A stretch of DNA of 64,000 nucleotides from Terriglobia bacterium (lineage in GTDB: Bacteria; Acidobacteriota; Terriglobia; 20CM-2-55-15), in NCBI GenBank assembly GCA_965198225.1, contig CBDAOY010000008.1:32001-96000 (forward strand). Direction: 5' to 3'. Positions 7,879 through 16,998 of the stretch are shown one piece after another. The number at the start of each line of letters is the position of its first letter. Position 1 is the stretch's first letter. The notes beneath the pieces were generated by a model. The model was not told the DNA's origin, made no database searches, and worked only from the letters and a program-made list of their open reading frames with translations. The position numbers were made by a program, and so were the translations under genes.

Positions 7879-8292
7879 TCATGACGAATCCCAGGTTTGT
7901 GGCGGGAGGATTCGGACAGAAACGAGCGTTCCGATGCCGCAGGACGGGCACGGGCGGGGTTCGGCAATCCACTGGAGGAGCGGTTCTGGACGCGGTTTGC
8001 GTGGTGCCTGTGCTCGAGGCAGAAGCTGGCGGCAGCGGGCGAGGTTGCGAGCTTTGTGGCGGTTGGCCATGAAGCCGAAGTGGCGGATGCGCATCAGACC
8101 ACGTGGGAGCACGTGCAGGAGAAAGCGTCGGATGAACTCGTCGGCGTCCAGGGTCATCGTTTTGAGTCAATCGCCACTTTTGCGGTCGCGATAGAGGAAC
8201 GAGACTCCATCGGGTTCGACGGTTCGGATGCGGTGGTTGGAGATCGCGACTCTGTGGGTGTAGCGAGCCAGGTAGTCCAGGACCGTGTCGCT
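7879..8292 (-). pseudogene. IS91-family (Y2 HUH) transposase, C-terminal remnant
   Basis: YLARYTHRVAISNHRI..VSF.YRD, in-frame TGA at 8167-8169, then MTLDADEFIRRFLLHVLP.G.MRIRHFGFMANR and CPSC; 5' part missing. Confidence 0.88.
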
Positions 8293-8425
8293 TCGTAGTG
8301 ACCCAAAACACGCAATTCCGCCACTAGCGATACTTCGGAAAACATCCCGGCACAAGCGGGGGGCTACGTCATCACCCCCAGACTCCCGATGCTTCGGGAC
8401 GGGTTGGTCAGTGAGGAAGCCGCCG

Positions 8426-10111
8426 CTACCCGCTCGAGCGGTTGAGGGCGGGTAGGCTCAGAAGGGTTCCAACCGCCACCACCGCTACGGCTCCGACCAC
8501 ATTGTAGTAGAGGAAGGAAATGTCCGTCGTCTCGCTGACGGCGAACACTGACAGCATTCCCGCCAGCAGTCCAAGGAAGGCGCCGTTCCCGTCGGCCCTC
8601 TTTACCAGGAAGGCCAGAAGGAACACGCCCAAAAGGGACCCGTAAAAGTAAGATCCGACCAGATTGACGGCCTCGATCAGCGAGCCTAACTGACCGGCAA
8701 AGAGCGCAAATCCACTGGCAAGCATCCCCCAGAACAGGGTCGCTATCCGGGAAGCCTTCAGATAGTGTTCAGGAGGAGCCTCCCGTTTGAAGTAACGCCG
8801 ATAAAAATCCACGATCGTGGCACTGGAGAGGGCGGTCAGCTCGGAGTCGAGTGAAGACATGGCGGCCGCGAAGATGACCGCGATCATCAGACCCAGCACG
8901 CCAGCCGGCACGTACTTTATCAGGTAAGAAGGAAAGACGTAATTGACGTCGTTGGAGGATGCCCCACGCACCTCCTCGACCAGCTGCTTGGACTCGCTGC
9001 GCAGATCCGAAAGCTGCTGGTCGTACCCACTGATCTGTTGCCGCAAACCGAGCAGATCTTCCCCGTTGCGACGCGCCGCGAGCAGACTGAGGGTGGCTTC
9101 CTTTCTGAGATCGTGAGTGGCTTCATGTTCCGTATCCAGACGGGCGAACTCCTGGGCACGGGAACTGTCTTCAACCGCGGCCGTCTCGGCTGGATTGAAG
9201 ATCAAAGGAGGCCGTTCAAAGTGATAGAAGACAAACAGCAGGACGCCGATGGCCAGGATGGCGAACTGCATGGGGACCTTCACGAAGGCATTGAAGATCA
9301 GAGCGAGCCGACTCTGCTTCAGAGAGCTTGCTGTGAGATAACGCTGGACCTGGCTCTGATCGCAACCAAAATAAGCCAGCGCGAGAAAGAACCCTCCGAT
9401 CAAACCGGACCACAGCGTGTAGGTGTTGGTCGGATCCCAGGACAGATCGATACTCGACCACATCTGCTGGATTCCTCCGATGTAGACCACGTCCCCCATG
9501 GCCACCTCCGAGGGCAGAGCCCCGAACAGCACCACCAGAGCGACCGCGATCCCTGCAAACATCATCAGCATCTGCAGAACATCGGTCCAGATGACAGCCG
9601 TGATTCCACCCATCACCGTGTAAAGAATGGTCACCGCCCCCATGATCACGATGGTGACGGTCTCGTCCCAACCCATGATCACCGACAGCACCACCGCAGG
9701 GGCGTACAGCACAATTCCGGCCGCCATGCCGCGAGATAACAAGAACAGGAAACTGGTCAGGGACCGCGTCTTGGCATCAAAGCGATTCTCCAGGTATTCA
9801 TAGGCGGTATACACCCTGGCCCGGTAGAAGAAGGGAACAAACAACACACAGAGCAGCACCATCACCAGGGGCTGCGGCAGGTAGACCTGGATGAATTCCA
9901 TTCCACTCTCATAGGCCTGCCCGGTGGTGCCGATGAAGGTGATGGCGCTGGCCTGGGTGGCCATCACGGAAAGACCGATCGCCCCCCAGGGAAGGCGCCG
10001 ATTGGCCAGAAAGAAGCCCTCAACGCCGACGTTTTTCCGGCTCTGAGAGTAGGCAAAGGCCAGCACAGCGCCGAAGTAGATAGCAAAAACGAACCAGTCC
10101 AGGGTACTCAT
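8426..10111 (-). CDS. sodium:solute symporter (SSS) family transporter
   Basis: GLSVMATQASAITFIGTTGQ, YEYLENRFD, YFGCDQSQVQRYL, AAAMSSLDSEL; many TM segments; start set to ATG 10111. Confidence 0.93.
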   Translation of the reverse strand: MSTLDWFVFAIYFGAVLAFAYSQSRKNVGVEGFFLANRRLPWGAIGLSVMATQASAITFIGTTGQAYESGMEFIQVYLPQPLVMVLLCVLFVPFFYRARVYTAYEYLENRFDAKTRSLTSFLFLLSRGMAAGIVLYAPAVVLSVIMGWDETVTIVIMGAVTILYTVMGGITAVIWTDVLQMLMMFAGIAVALVVLFGALPSEVAMGDVVYIGGIQQMWSSIDLSWDPTNTYTLWSGLIGGFFLALAYFGCDQSQVQRYLTASSLKQSRLALIFNAFVKVPMQFAILAIGVLLFVFYHFERPPLIFNPAETAAVEDSSRAQEFARLDTEHEATHDLRKEATLSLLAARRNGEDLLGLRQQISGYDQQLSDLRSESKQLVEEVRGASSNDVNYVFPSYLIKYVPAGVLGLMIAVIFAAAMSSLDSELTALSSATIVDFYRRYFKREAPPEHYLKASRIATLFWGMLASGFALFAGQLGSLIEAVNLVGSYFYGSLLGVFLLAFLVKRADGNGAFLGLLAGMLSVFAVSETTDISFLYYNVVGAVAVVAVGTLLSLPALNRSSG

Positions 10112-10345
10112 GGGGCGCTGTAGTCCAGAAACACCGTAAAGAGATAAAGGAGTCCTATCAGGAGACTGGTGTAGATGACGATGGACCCGTAGAGCCAATT
10201 CCAGCTGGGGAAAAAGCTGATTCGTTCCTCTTCGTCTTCCAGAGTATCGGTCTGGCCGTGCTGATCGTCATTCACGATGGGTGTCCACCGAGCAAGTCAA
10301 TAACAGCGCAAATACCAGTCGTTTCATAGACATGAAGTCTATCAT

Positions 10346-10722
10346 GTGTAGGTGCGGTCTATGACCGCACATTCCGCGGATCGATAAGACTGTGCGGTCA
10401 TAGACAGTCACAGACACACATACACCCACCGTGCAACATCTCTCGCCCCCGGTGTAGGGGCGCTCTATCAAGCTGTGAACGAATACCATTTGTTTGAGAA
10501 TCGGGTGGCGGGGCTTTTCATGAAGAACCTGCGATTCTCAAGTGTAGGTGCGCTCTATGAGCGCACAAATGCCCGCGGGACCACAAGTTGTGCGGTCATA
10601 GACCGCACCTACACGTGAAAAGCCCCGCCACCCGATTTTCCGTTCCCATAATTCGTTCACAGCTTCTATGAGCGCACAGCGTTTCGGCTCGAAGAATGTG
10701 CGGTCACAGACCGCACCTACAC
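10346..10722. repeat. cluster of GTAG-type REP palindromes with a nested MITE
   Basis: Several copies of GTAGGTGCG(C/G)TCTATGA(G/C)CGCAC in inverted pairs; IR AAGCTGTGAACGAAT (10470-10484) / ATTCGTTCACAGCTT (10651-10665) splits one REP. Confidence 0.85.
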
Positions 10723-11132
10723 CCGTTTGCGGAGTTTGCCAATGCCGGTTATCAAAGCGTAGACCAGCAACGGTTCCCAGGTGAGGCCCCCGATGATGTG
10801 GCCCCAGAAGTGGACATGGACAGGGGCGCCGAGGTTGTAGGGCCATACCTGGAAGATAGTTTCGTTGCCCGACCACCAGGTGTAGCCGAGGCCGACGGAT
10901 TCGACGAGCATGTAGGGAGCGATCAGGGCGTAGGAGACGATGAGGCGCGCGCGGCGCGTGGTTTCTTTCGATGAGAAGAAGACGATAGCAATCAGGACGA
11001 CGGCCGTCATGGAGGCGTAACGCGCCCAATCGGCGAGGTCCGCCCAATCGGCGAGGTGACCGTGAGCGCGAACCGGATCGTGCCGACGGCCAGGATCAGA
11101 GGGATGAAGAGTTTTAGAGGGCTGTAGGGCAT
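10717..11132 (-). pseudogene. small membrane protein, apparently frameshifted
   Basis: Hydrophobic N-part (MPYSPLKLFIPLILAVGTIRFALTV) and C-part (RYASMTAVVLIAIVFF...HFWGHIIGG) in different frames around a 17-bp direct repeat at 11023-11057. Confidence 0.5.
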
Positions 11133-11156
11133 CGGGAAATGGGGTAGAGTACCGGC

Positions 11157-11501
11157 ATGTCGGATTGCCTGTTCTGCAAGATCATCGCCGGGGACATTCC
11201 TGCGAAGAAAGTATACGAAGACCAGGACGTGTTGGCGTTCGAAGATATCAGCCCGAAGGCCCCGACACACGTGCTCGTGATTCCCAAGAAACACATCCCG
11301 ACTTTGAACGACCTGGAGGAAGAGGACAACCCGGTTATGGGTAAGATCTTCCAGGTCGCGAAGCAGATCGCGCGGGAGCAGGGAATCGACCAATCCGGTT
11401 ACCGTACCGTTTTCAACGTGAACGAGTCAGCGGGACAGGCCGTCTTTCACATCCACCTGCACGTATTGGGTGGTCGGGCGTTGACGTGGCCGCCGGGCTA
11501 G
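11157..11501 (+). CDS. hinT: histidine triad (HIT) nucleotide-binding protein
   Basis: DCLFCKI, PKAPTHVLVIPK, GQAVFHIHLHVLGGR. Confidence 0.95.
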   Translation: MSDCLFCKIIAGDIPAKKVYEDQDVLAFEDISPKAPTHVLVIPKKHIPTLNDLEEEDNPVMGKIFQVAKQIAREQGIDQSGYRTVFNVNESAGQAVFHIHLHVLGGRALTWPPG

Positions 11502-11613
11502 GAGTCTGCGCGGCAGAACGATTTTGGGTCATTGCGACCACAACATAGTGTCTGTGCGCAGCACTTAGCATCGACATGGAGTACCGAGTTTCTTCTGCCG
11601 CGCAGACTCCTAG
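11499..11613. mobile_element. short MITE / paired IS ends with CTAG termini
   Basis: CTAGGAGTCTGCGCGGCAGAA ... TTCTGCCGCGCAGACTCCTAG perfect IR; a solo end recurs at about 23700-23732. Confidence 0.75.
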
Positions 11614-11749
11614 CAGGACAATCCTGCCGAGGGGGTCGTTCCCGGACGCAGCCCCTTATTGGCTAAATCGCTAGTACACATAAGGATAAGGCCCAGCGAA
11701 CCAGCAGATAACCCTAAAGCCCGGATCGCATCCGGTCGATGCGAACCTT

Positions 11750-12124
11750 ATGGGCACCGATACCCTTGCGGCTATGGACGAGAAGAGACGTTCCGCTCGA
11801 ATCGTGCCGATCGGCCCGAACGAGGATGTCGTCGTGTTGCACGTGGCAGGAGAGCAGCACTTGGCGAAGATTCTCGACCTGAGCGACGGTGGGACTTGCG
11901 TCTACACGGTAGAGCCGGGCTTCCCGCTCGACGTCGGCGAGACCTGCGGCATGTCTCTGTACCACAACAGGAGCGTCCTGGATCTGGACGTCCGGGTCTG
12001 CCGAAAGAACGGACAGGTCGTCGGCCTGGAATTCCATACCCTGTCGGCCGAGGCTAGGGAGCACCTGAGTGCCAAGATCATCCGGCTCGAAGTCGAGTGG
12101 ATGCGTGTAAAGCCCAACGTCTAA
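11750..12124 (+). CDS. PilZ domain protein
   Basis: EKRRSAR (RxxxR) and DLSDGG (DxSxxG) motifs, VGLEF. Confidence 0.85.
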   Translation: MGTDTLAAMDEKRRSARIVPIGPNEDVVVLHVAGEQHLAKILDLSDGGTCVYTVEPGFPLDVGETCGMSLYHNRSVLDLDVRVCRKNGQVVGLEFHTLSAEAREHLSAKIIRLEVEWMRVKPNV

Positions 12125-13251
12125 TATGCCTCCATGAAAAGTTTCTCGAAATCGTCTTCCGTCACCGGCTGCCGGGGATTAGTCGCGTGCGACGGGTCAT
12201 CAAACGCCTTTGCGGCCAGTTGCCCCACGTCGTTGCTGTCCACTCCGTGATTGCGTAGTCCCAGCGTCATCCCGACGTCTTTCAGCAAAGCCCCGACTTC
12301 TGCAACACCATCCACACCACCGAGCGCTTTCCCTACTTCACCATAAAGGCCCGAGTTCTCCGACGCGTTGAAGCGCATCGTGAAAGGCAGGACCAGCCCG
12401 TTGGCCAACCCGTGAGCCGTCCCATAGACGGCCGACAGGGAGTGGGCCATCGAGTGGTTCATCCCCAGGAACTTCTGGTTGTAAACCAGAGCGCCGGTCA
12501 TCGCCGCCAGCATCACGTCGGACCGTGCGTTCAGATTGTCGGGTTTCTCGACGACCGCTCGAAGGCCGTCGCGGAGCAACTCGAGTCCAAACAGCGCCAT
12601 GCGGTCGATCATCGGGTTCAGGACGGTGGATACATATCCTTCCACCAGGTGTGTCAGGGCGTCCACGCCGGTGTTGACCGTGACGGCTGCCGGCAGCTCG
12701 AGAGTCAGTTTGGGATCGACCAACGCGAGATTCGGGATCAGGTACGGACTGCCCAGTGCGAGCTTCATCTTCTGATCGGTGTCGGTAATGACGGAGAAGG
12801 ACGACACCTCCGACCCTGTACCGGCGGTGGTCGGTATAGCAATGAGCGGTGGCAGCCGATCGCCGATCTTGGCCATCCCGCCCTTCCCGCTGTCGTATTG
12901 CGCCATCGGCGGCGGATGCGTTTTCATCAGGCCGATCGCCTTCGCGGTGTCCATCGCGCTGCCGCCGCCAAGCGCCACAATGCCGTCGGCCCCGCAGTCA
13001 TCGCAGACACCCAACCCCGTTTCGACGCCGTTGTCGGTGGGGTTCGCGACGACATCACTGAACACCCGGACGCGGAGCCCGGCCGCGCTGATGTTCGACT
13101 CCAACGACTCCGCGATACCGCAGGCGACCAGTCCCGGATCGGTGACGAGCAGGACCGAACTCATCCCCATCTTCCGGGCTTCCTTCCCGGCCCTTTGCGA
13201 AGCGTCCGGCCCGAAGATCACCCGGTTGGGCAATGTAAAATACGTCAGCAT
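12121..13251 (-). CDS. iron-containing alcohol dehydrogenase
   Basis: GGGSAMDTAK, IPTTAGTGSE, DALTHLVE, HSMAH, HGLAN. Confidence 0.93.
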   Translation of the reverse strand: MLTYFTLPNRVIFGPDASQRAGKEARKMGMSSVLLVTDPGLVACGIAESLESNISAAGLRVRVFSDVVANPTDNGVETGLGVCDDCGADGIVALGGGSAMDTAKAIGLMKTHPPPMAQYDSGKGGMAKIGDRLPPLIAIPTTAGTGSEVSSFSVITDTDQKMKLALGSPYLIPNLALVDPKLTLELPAAVTVNTGVDALTHLVEGYVSTVLNPMIDRMALFGLELLRDGLRAVVEKPDNLNARSDVMLAAMTGALVYNQKFLGMNHSMAHSLSAVYGTAHGLANGLVLPFTMRFNASENSGLYGEVGKALGGVDGVAEVGALLKDVGMTLGLRNHGVDSNDVGQLAAKAFDDPSHATNPRQPVTEDDFEKLFMEAY

Positions 13252-13302
13252 CGTTTGACGATTGTATTGGCGGCCGGGGTGAACATCCAGCAGGGACTTT
13301 TT

Positions 13303-13380
13303 AACCACGGAGGCGCGGAGGCACGGAGGTTTTTGAAATAAAGATCCGGGAGTCTCCGCGCCTCCGTGTCTCCGTGGTTA
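13303..13380. repeat. intergenic imperfect palindrome built from 9-bp units (AACCACGGAGGCGCGGAGGCACGGAG ... CTCCGTGGTT)
   Basis: Arms are complementary; a related copy lies at 53579-53673. Confidence 0.75.
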
Positions 13381-13390
13381 ATTCTTCTTC

Positions 13391-14281
13391 TTATTCTTTT
13401 GGCTTTCGGGCTGTAACGTAGAAGTGGTTGGCCAGGACGTGGGCGTCGGGGAGGCGATTGAGCCAGCGGTCCAGGTAGCGGAACGGTGCCGCGATCCAGC
13501 CGAAGCCGCCCATGATCCCTCGATTGACCCAGCGGCGTACGGGATTGGCGCAGTGGACCGGGAACAGCAGCTTCCCGTAGTAGGTCATGAAGGTCAGCAT
13601 CGTAGTCGTCGGTCCGGTACGGATTCCGACCTGGACTTCGGCGAAGTCTCCGAACAGGGAGGCCAGACCCTCGCGCGAGAACCGGGAAAAGTCGGAAGGG
13701 TAGGCGTGGTAGGGATGGCAGAACGGCACAACGGCTTCGACCAGTCCTTCCGGCTTGAGGACGCGGTAGGTTTCCCGGACGACTCCTCCGGGGTCCGCGA
13801 CGTGTTCGAGCAAGGCCAGGCAGGCAACTCGGTCGCACGAGCCTTCAGCAAACGGAAGCCGGCCGGCATTGGCGACGAGGTCCACTCCATAGAAAGGGGA
13901 CAGGTCAATGTTGACGAACCCTCCGGTGTCCAATCCGCCTCCACCCAGCCAGAGATTCATGCCGTGGTCGGCCTCCGGCAGCGGTGGTGCGCCGCTATCG
14001 ACGTAGACCGGCTCTGGAGGGGCCAGAGTTCGAAAGAGACGCGAGCCGAACTCGCGGCCGTGTCGTCGGACGTACTGGTCTTCCATCCGCGCCGTCGAGC
14101 CGCCGTCCAGGGCGCCGCCGAAGAGCTGCCGATCCTCCGGGGTCATCATGATCGGTACGCCGTCGGCGGTTACCTTGTAATCGATGCTGCACGCTGCGCA
14201 TTCCAGTTGCGTATCGTGCAGGTTGAGCGGCCCATGGCATCGAACGCAGCGCAGCTGTTCCTGCCAGTCCGAATCTCTCAT
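13391..14281 (-). CDS. class I SAM-dependent methyltransferase with N-terminal Trm112-like Zn ribbon
   Basis: LRCVRCH..LECAAC..GVPIM; LWLGGG, LPFAEGSCD, LEHVADP, RVLKPEG; start overlaps the upstream stop. Confidence 0.85.
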   Translation of the reverse strand: MRDSDWQEQLRCVRCHGPLNLHDTQLECAACSIDYKVTADGVPIMMTPEDRQLFGGALDGGSTARMEDQYVRRHGREFGSRLFRTLAPPEPVYVDSGAPPLPEADHGMNLWLGGGGLDTGGFVNIDLSPFYGVDLVANAGRLPFAEGSCDRVACLALLEHVADPGGVVRETYRVLKPEGLVEAVVPFCHPYHAYPSDFSRFSREGLASLFGDFAEVQVGIRTGPTTTMLTFMTYYGKLLFPVHCANPVRRWVNRGIMGGFGWIAAPFRYLDRWLNRLPDAHVLANHFYVTARKPKE

Positions 14282-15609
14282 CGGAAGGGCCAGAACGCTC
14301 TCGCCGGGCAATCCTCGATTATGCTCGACGCCTTGACGATATGATCCTGTTGTTCGAGGCTCAGAAGGTCGGTCGTTAGTGTTCGAAACTTTAGCTCGAG
14401 TTCGTCCTGGCTGAGCGGATTGCGCGAGTCGCCGCGCGGGTATTCCACCAGCGCCGAGCGTTCGGTCCCGTCGCGGCCTCGGAGAGTCACCCGGGCTGGC
14501 CATTTTCCCGGGTAGTTCTCACCCAGCGATTCATCCTTCACGACTTCGATGTTCGGCATCAGGGCCCGGATGTCGTTCGCGTTCACGTCCTCGAAGTCCG
14601 TCAGGCCGGCGTGTCCTCGCGACAATGCGGTCGCCACGGTGAACGGGAGAGAAAACTTCGCAGAGTAGGCCGTCGTGGGCTCCACGCCGTCGAGCAGGTC
14701 GCAGGCAGCCGGGTATAGAGCGACCGTGACGCGTTCGATTTCCTCCGGTCCGACACCGTCTCCGCGAACTTCGAGCACGGCATCTATGGCGGAGTGGGTG
14801 TGCCGGCAGGCCGCGTGTTTCTTGAATGAGTTGCCCGTCATGCGGAACTCCGACCCCAACCCGCGGGTCAGCAATTCAGGTTGCGGCTCAGCAGACATCG
14901 CATCCAGGAAGCCTTTCGGTCCCTCGAAGATCCGTCGCGCCGCCGTGAACCCCCGCTTTGCCAGCTCCGCGGCCACGACGCCGTCAGCGGCCGCATGGGC
15001 CGGGTGAAGCTGCTTGCTCATCGCACCGTCTTCGAGGAATACCCAGAGGCCGGCCGCCTGCGTACCCGCCGATCCCAGGGCGTGGATGATCTGCTCGGGT
15101 TCCAGCTTCAGCAGCTTCGCCGCTGCCACGGCGGCGCCAAACGTGCCGCACGTTGCAGTCGTGTGCCAGTAATCGTAGTGGGTTCGGCCGGCGGCTTCAC
15201 CGGCGCGGATCGCGATTTCGTAACCGACGACGATGGCCTCGATCAGCTCGACACCCGAGCTGTCGAGCGCTTCTCCCATCGCAAGGGCGGCCGGGATCAC
15301 CGCCGCCGCGGGGTGAAGGACCGATGCGGGATGGAGGTCGTCCATCTCCATCGTGTGGGATGCGGCGGCGTTGATGCGGGCTGCCCAGGTTACCGATGTC
15401 TTCCAGCCGTCGGGCAGAGCCGTCGCGCGCGCCCGTCCTCCCTCTTCGCGTGCAAGACCCGTAAGCATGCGGGCTGGAGGTTCGACGGAACCGCGGATGG
15501 CGGAGCCGGCCCAGTCCAGCAGACTCTGACTCACCATCGTCAACACTTCGGGCCGGAGGTGGGCAATCCGGGTAGACTTGACGAACGCCGCCAGCTCTTC
15601 TGAGATCAC
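14278..15609 (-). CDS. MmgE/PrpD family protein
   Basis: HTMEMDDLH, HPAAAVIPAA, GYEI, WHTTATCG, SKQLHP, KKHAACRHTH, AKFSLPF, PRGDSRNPL. Confidence 0.93.
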   Translation of the reverse strand: MISEELAAFVKSTRIAHLRPEVLTMVSQSLLDWAGSAIRGSVEPPARMLTGLAREEGGRARATALPDGWKTSVTWAARINAAASHTMEMDDLHPASVLHPAAAVIPAALAMGEALDSSGVELIEAIVVGYEIAIRAGEAAGRTHYDYWHTTATCGTFGAAVAAAKLLKLEPEQIIHALGSAGTQAAGLWVFLEDGAMSKQLHPAHAAADGVVAAELAKRGFTAARRIFEGPKGFLDAMSAEPQPELLTRGLGSEFRMTGNSFKKHAACRHTHSAIDAVLEVRGDGVGPEEIERVTVALYPAACDLLDGVEPTTAYSAKFSLPFTVATALSRGHAGLTDFEDVNANDIRALMPNIEVVKDESLGENYPGKWPARVTLRGRDGTERSALVEYPRGDSRNPLSQDELELKFRTLTTDLLSLEQQDHIVKASSIIEDCPARAFWPFR

Positions 15610-16391
15610 GATGAGTGCCCCCGCTTGAATGAGTCCGGTACGTCCCGCTCGGCCGGTCCATCGTAAGTCGCGTCATCGAGGTTGATTGCCCGGAAGGGAC
15701 GCTCTCGGGTTGTTTCCTCGACGTGGTGGGCGGCGAGCCCGACCGACCGCGAGATGACAAAGAACGCCTTCCCGTACTGCCACCCGATGCCCAGGTCCGA
15801 GATGATGCCCGATATCGCGCCGTCTACGTTCAAGGGCTTTCCCAGCTCGTCGGCAATCTCTTCGGCCAGCTTGACGTGCGCACCGTCCAGGCTCCACTCC
15901 CGCGCTTTCTCCACCAACTTCACGGTGCGGGGGTCGCGGTCGTGAAGGGGATGGCCATAACCGGGTACGCGCAGCTTCCGGCTCTTGTGGTCGGCGACGA
16001 TCGATCGGGCCGTGTGACCGTTCTCGGAAGCTTCCTGCAGCAGTCGGGCGCACTGTTCGACGGCGCCTCCGTGATGTTCGCCCAGCGAAATGAGGCCCGC
16101 CGCAACCGAGGCCTGCAGCGGCACGCCACCCGAGGCGACGAACCGTGTGGCGTCCACCGATGGCGCCAGGAAGAAATGGTCGGTGCTGGAGACGACGATG
16201 GTTTCCAGCATCCGGCCTTCGTTTCCGGCCGGAAGCTCTCCCGTGAATGTGAGGTAGATGACATCGCCGAACGAACAGTGCTCCATCAGGTCGTCGACCC
16301 GGTATCCTCGGACAAGGATCTTGTTTTGAGTAACCTTCGAAAGTGAAGTTTTCCAGAACGTGGACATGCTTCTTCTATCCTCTTCTTTCAT
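15606..16391 (-). CDS. citryl-CoA lyase-like protein (short citrate-synthase fold)
   Basis: WKTSLS..ILVRGY, STDH, GEHHGGA, RVPGYGHP.H.DPR, LNVDGAI, SRSVGLAAH. Confidence 0.85.
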   Translation of the reverse strand: MKEEDRRSMSTFWKTSLSKVTQNKILVRGYRVDDLMEHCSFGDVIYLTFTGELPAGNEGRMLETIVVSSTDHFFLAPSVDATRFVASGGVPLQASVAAGLISLGEHHGGAVEQCARLLQEASENGHTARSIVADHKSRKLRVPGYGHPLHDRDPRTVKLVEKAREWSLDGAHVKLAEEIADELGKPLNVDGAISGIISDLGIGWQYGKAFFVISRSVGLAAHHVEETTRERPFRAINLDDATYDGPAERDVPDSFKRGHSS

Positions 16392-16936
16392 TCGTCAGAG
16401 GCCTGATTCCTGGTCTGTGACCGGTAGATCTGCCGCATGCGCAGGAAGAACCGCTGGTAGTCGGTGCTCTTGTAATCCGGATACGTCCAGGGGAAGAAAT
16501 GGTAGTTGTTGTTCTTGAAGTGCATGGTCACTTCGGCAAAGATCCCATTTCCCATATAGACCCTGTGATAGAAATTCTTCGTCGAAGCCAGGACGACCTT
16601 GCTGAGTTCGATGTAACCGGGGTCGATGTTGATGGGGCGCGCGATGTCGCCTGCGGCTCCGCGGGCGTCTTCCTCCATGCGGTTTGTCATTCGCTTCAGG
16701 GCCGGGAGGTCGTCGGCCTCGATCAGCCTCTCGAACGACAGGAAGACGCGGTCGATGATGTCGCCCATTTCGGCGGCGTAGTAGTCTGTGAACTCGAAGG
16801 GCAGGATGCCGCTCCGGTGATCGATCGGTCCGAATTCGGCGACGAGCCGCGGTTCCAACTCGTCGAGAAGCCCGGGATCTGCCAGTAGCAATCCCGCAAA
16901 CGGCTTGACGGGGTTGAACGACCGGATTGCGCCCAT
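16388..16936 (-). CDS. DUF4416 family protein
   Basis: FEFTDYYAAEMG, RPINIDPGY, VLASTKNFYHRVY, WTYPDY. Confidence 0.85.
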   Translation of the reverse strand: MGAIRSFNPVKPFAGLLLADPGLLDELEPRLVAEFGPIDHRSGILPFEFTDYYAAEMGDIIDRVFLSFERLIEADDLPALKRMTNRMEEDARGAAGDIARPINIDPGYIELSKVVLASTKNFYHRVYMGNGIFAEVTMHFKNNNYHFFPWTYPDYKSTDYQRFFLRMRQIYRSQTRNQASDE

Positions 16937-16998
16937 TGTCGAAGTTCCTCGCACCCGCCCCTTGGATGGACCGGCGAGCGACTAATATAACGGTAGTC

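Noticed and set aside
10112-10331. Possible gene upstream of the SSS transporter
   Set aside because: Only a signal-peptide-like start followed by a stop; the relic cannot be assigned
10346-10722. REP cluster as CRISPR repeats
   Set aside because: Copies alternate in orientation, spacing is irregular, and the same unit is dispersed across the window
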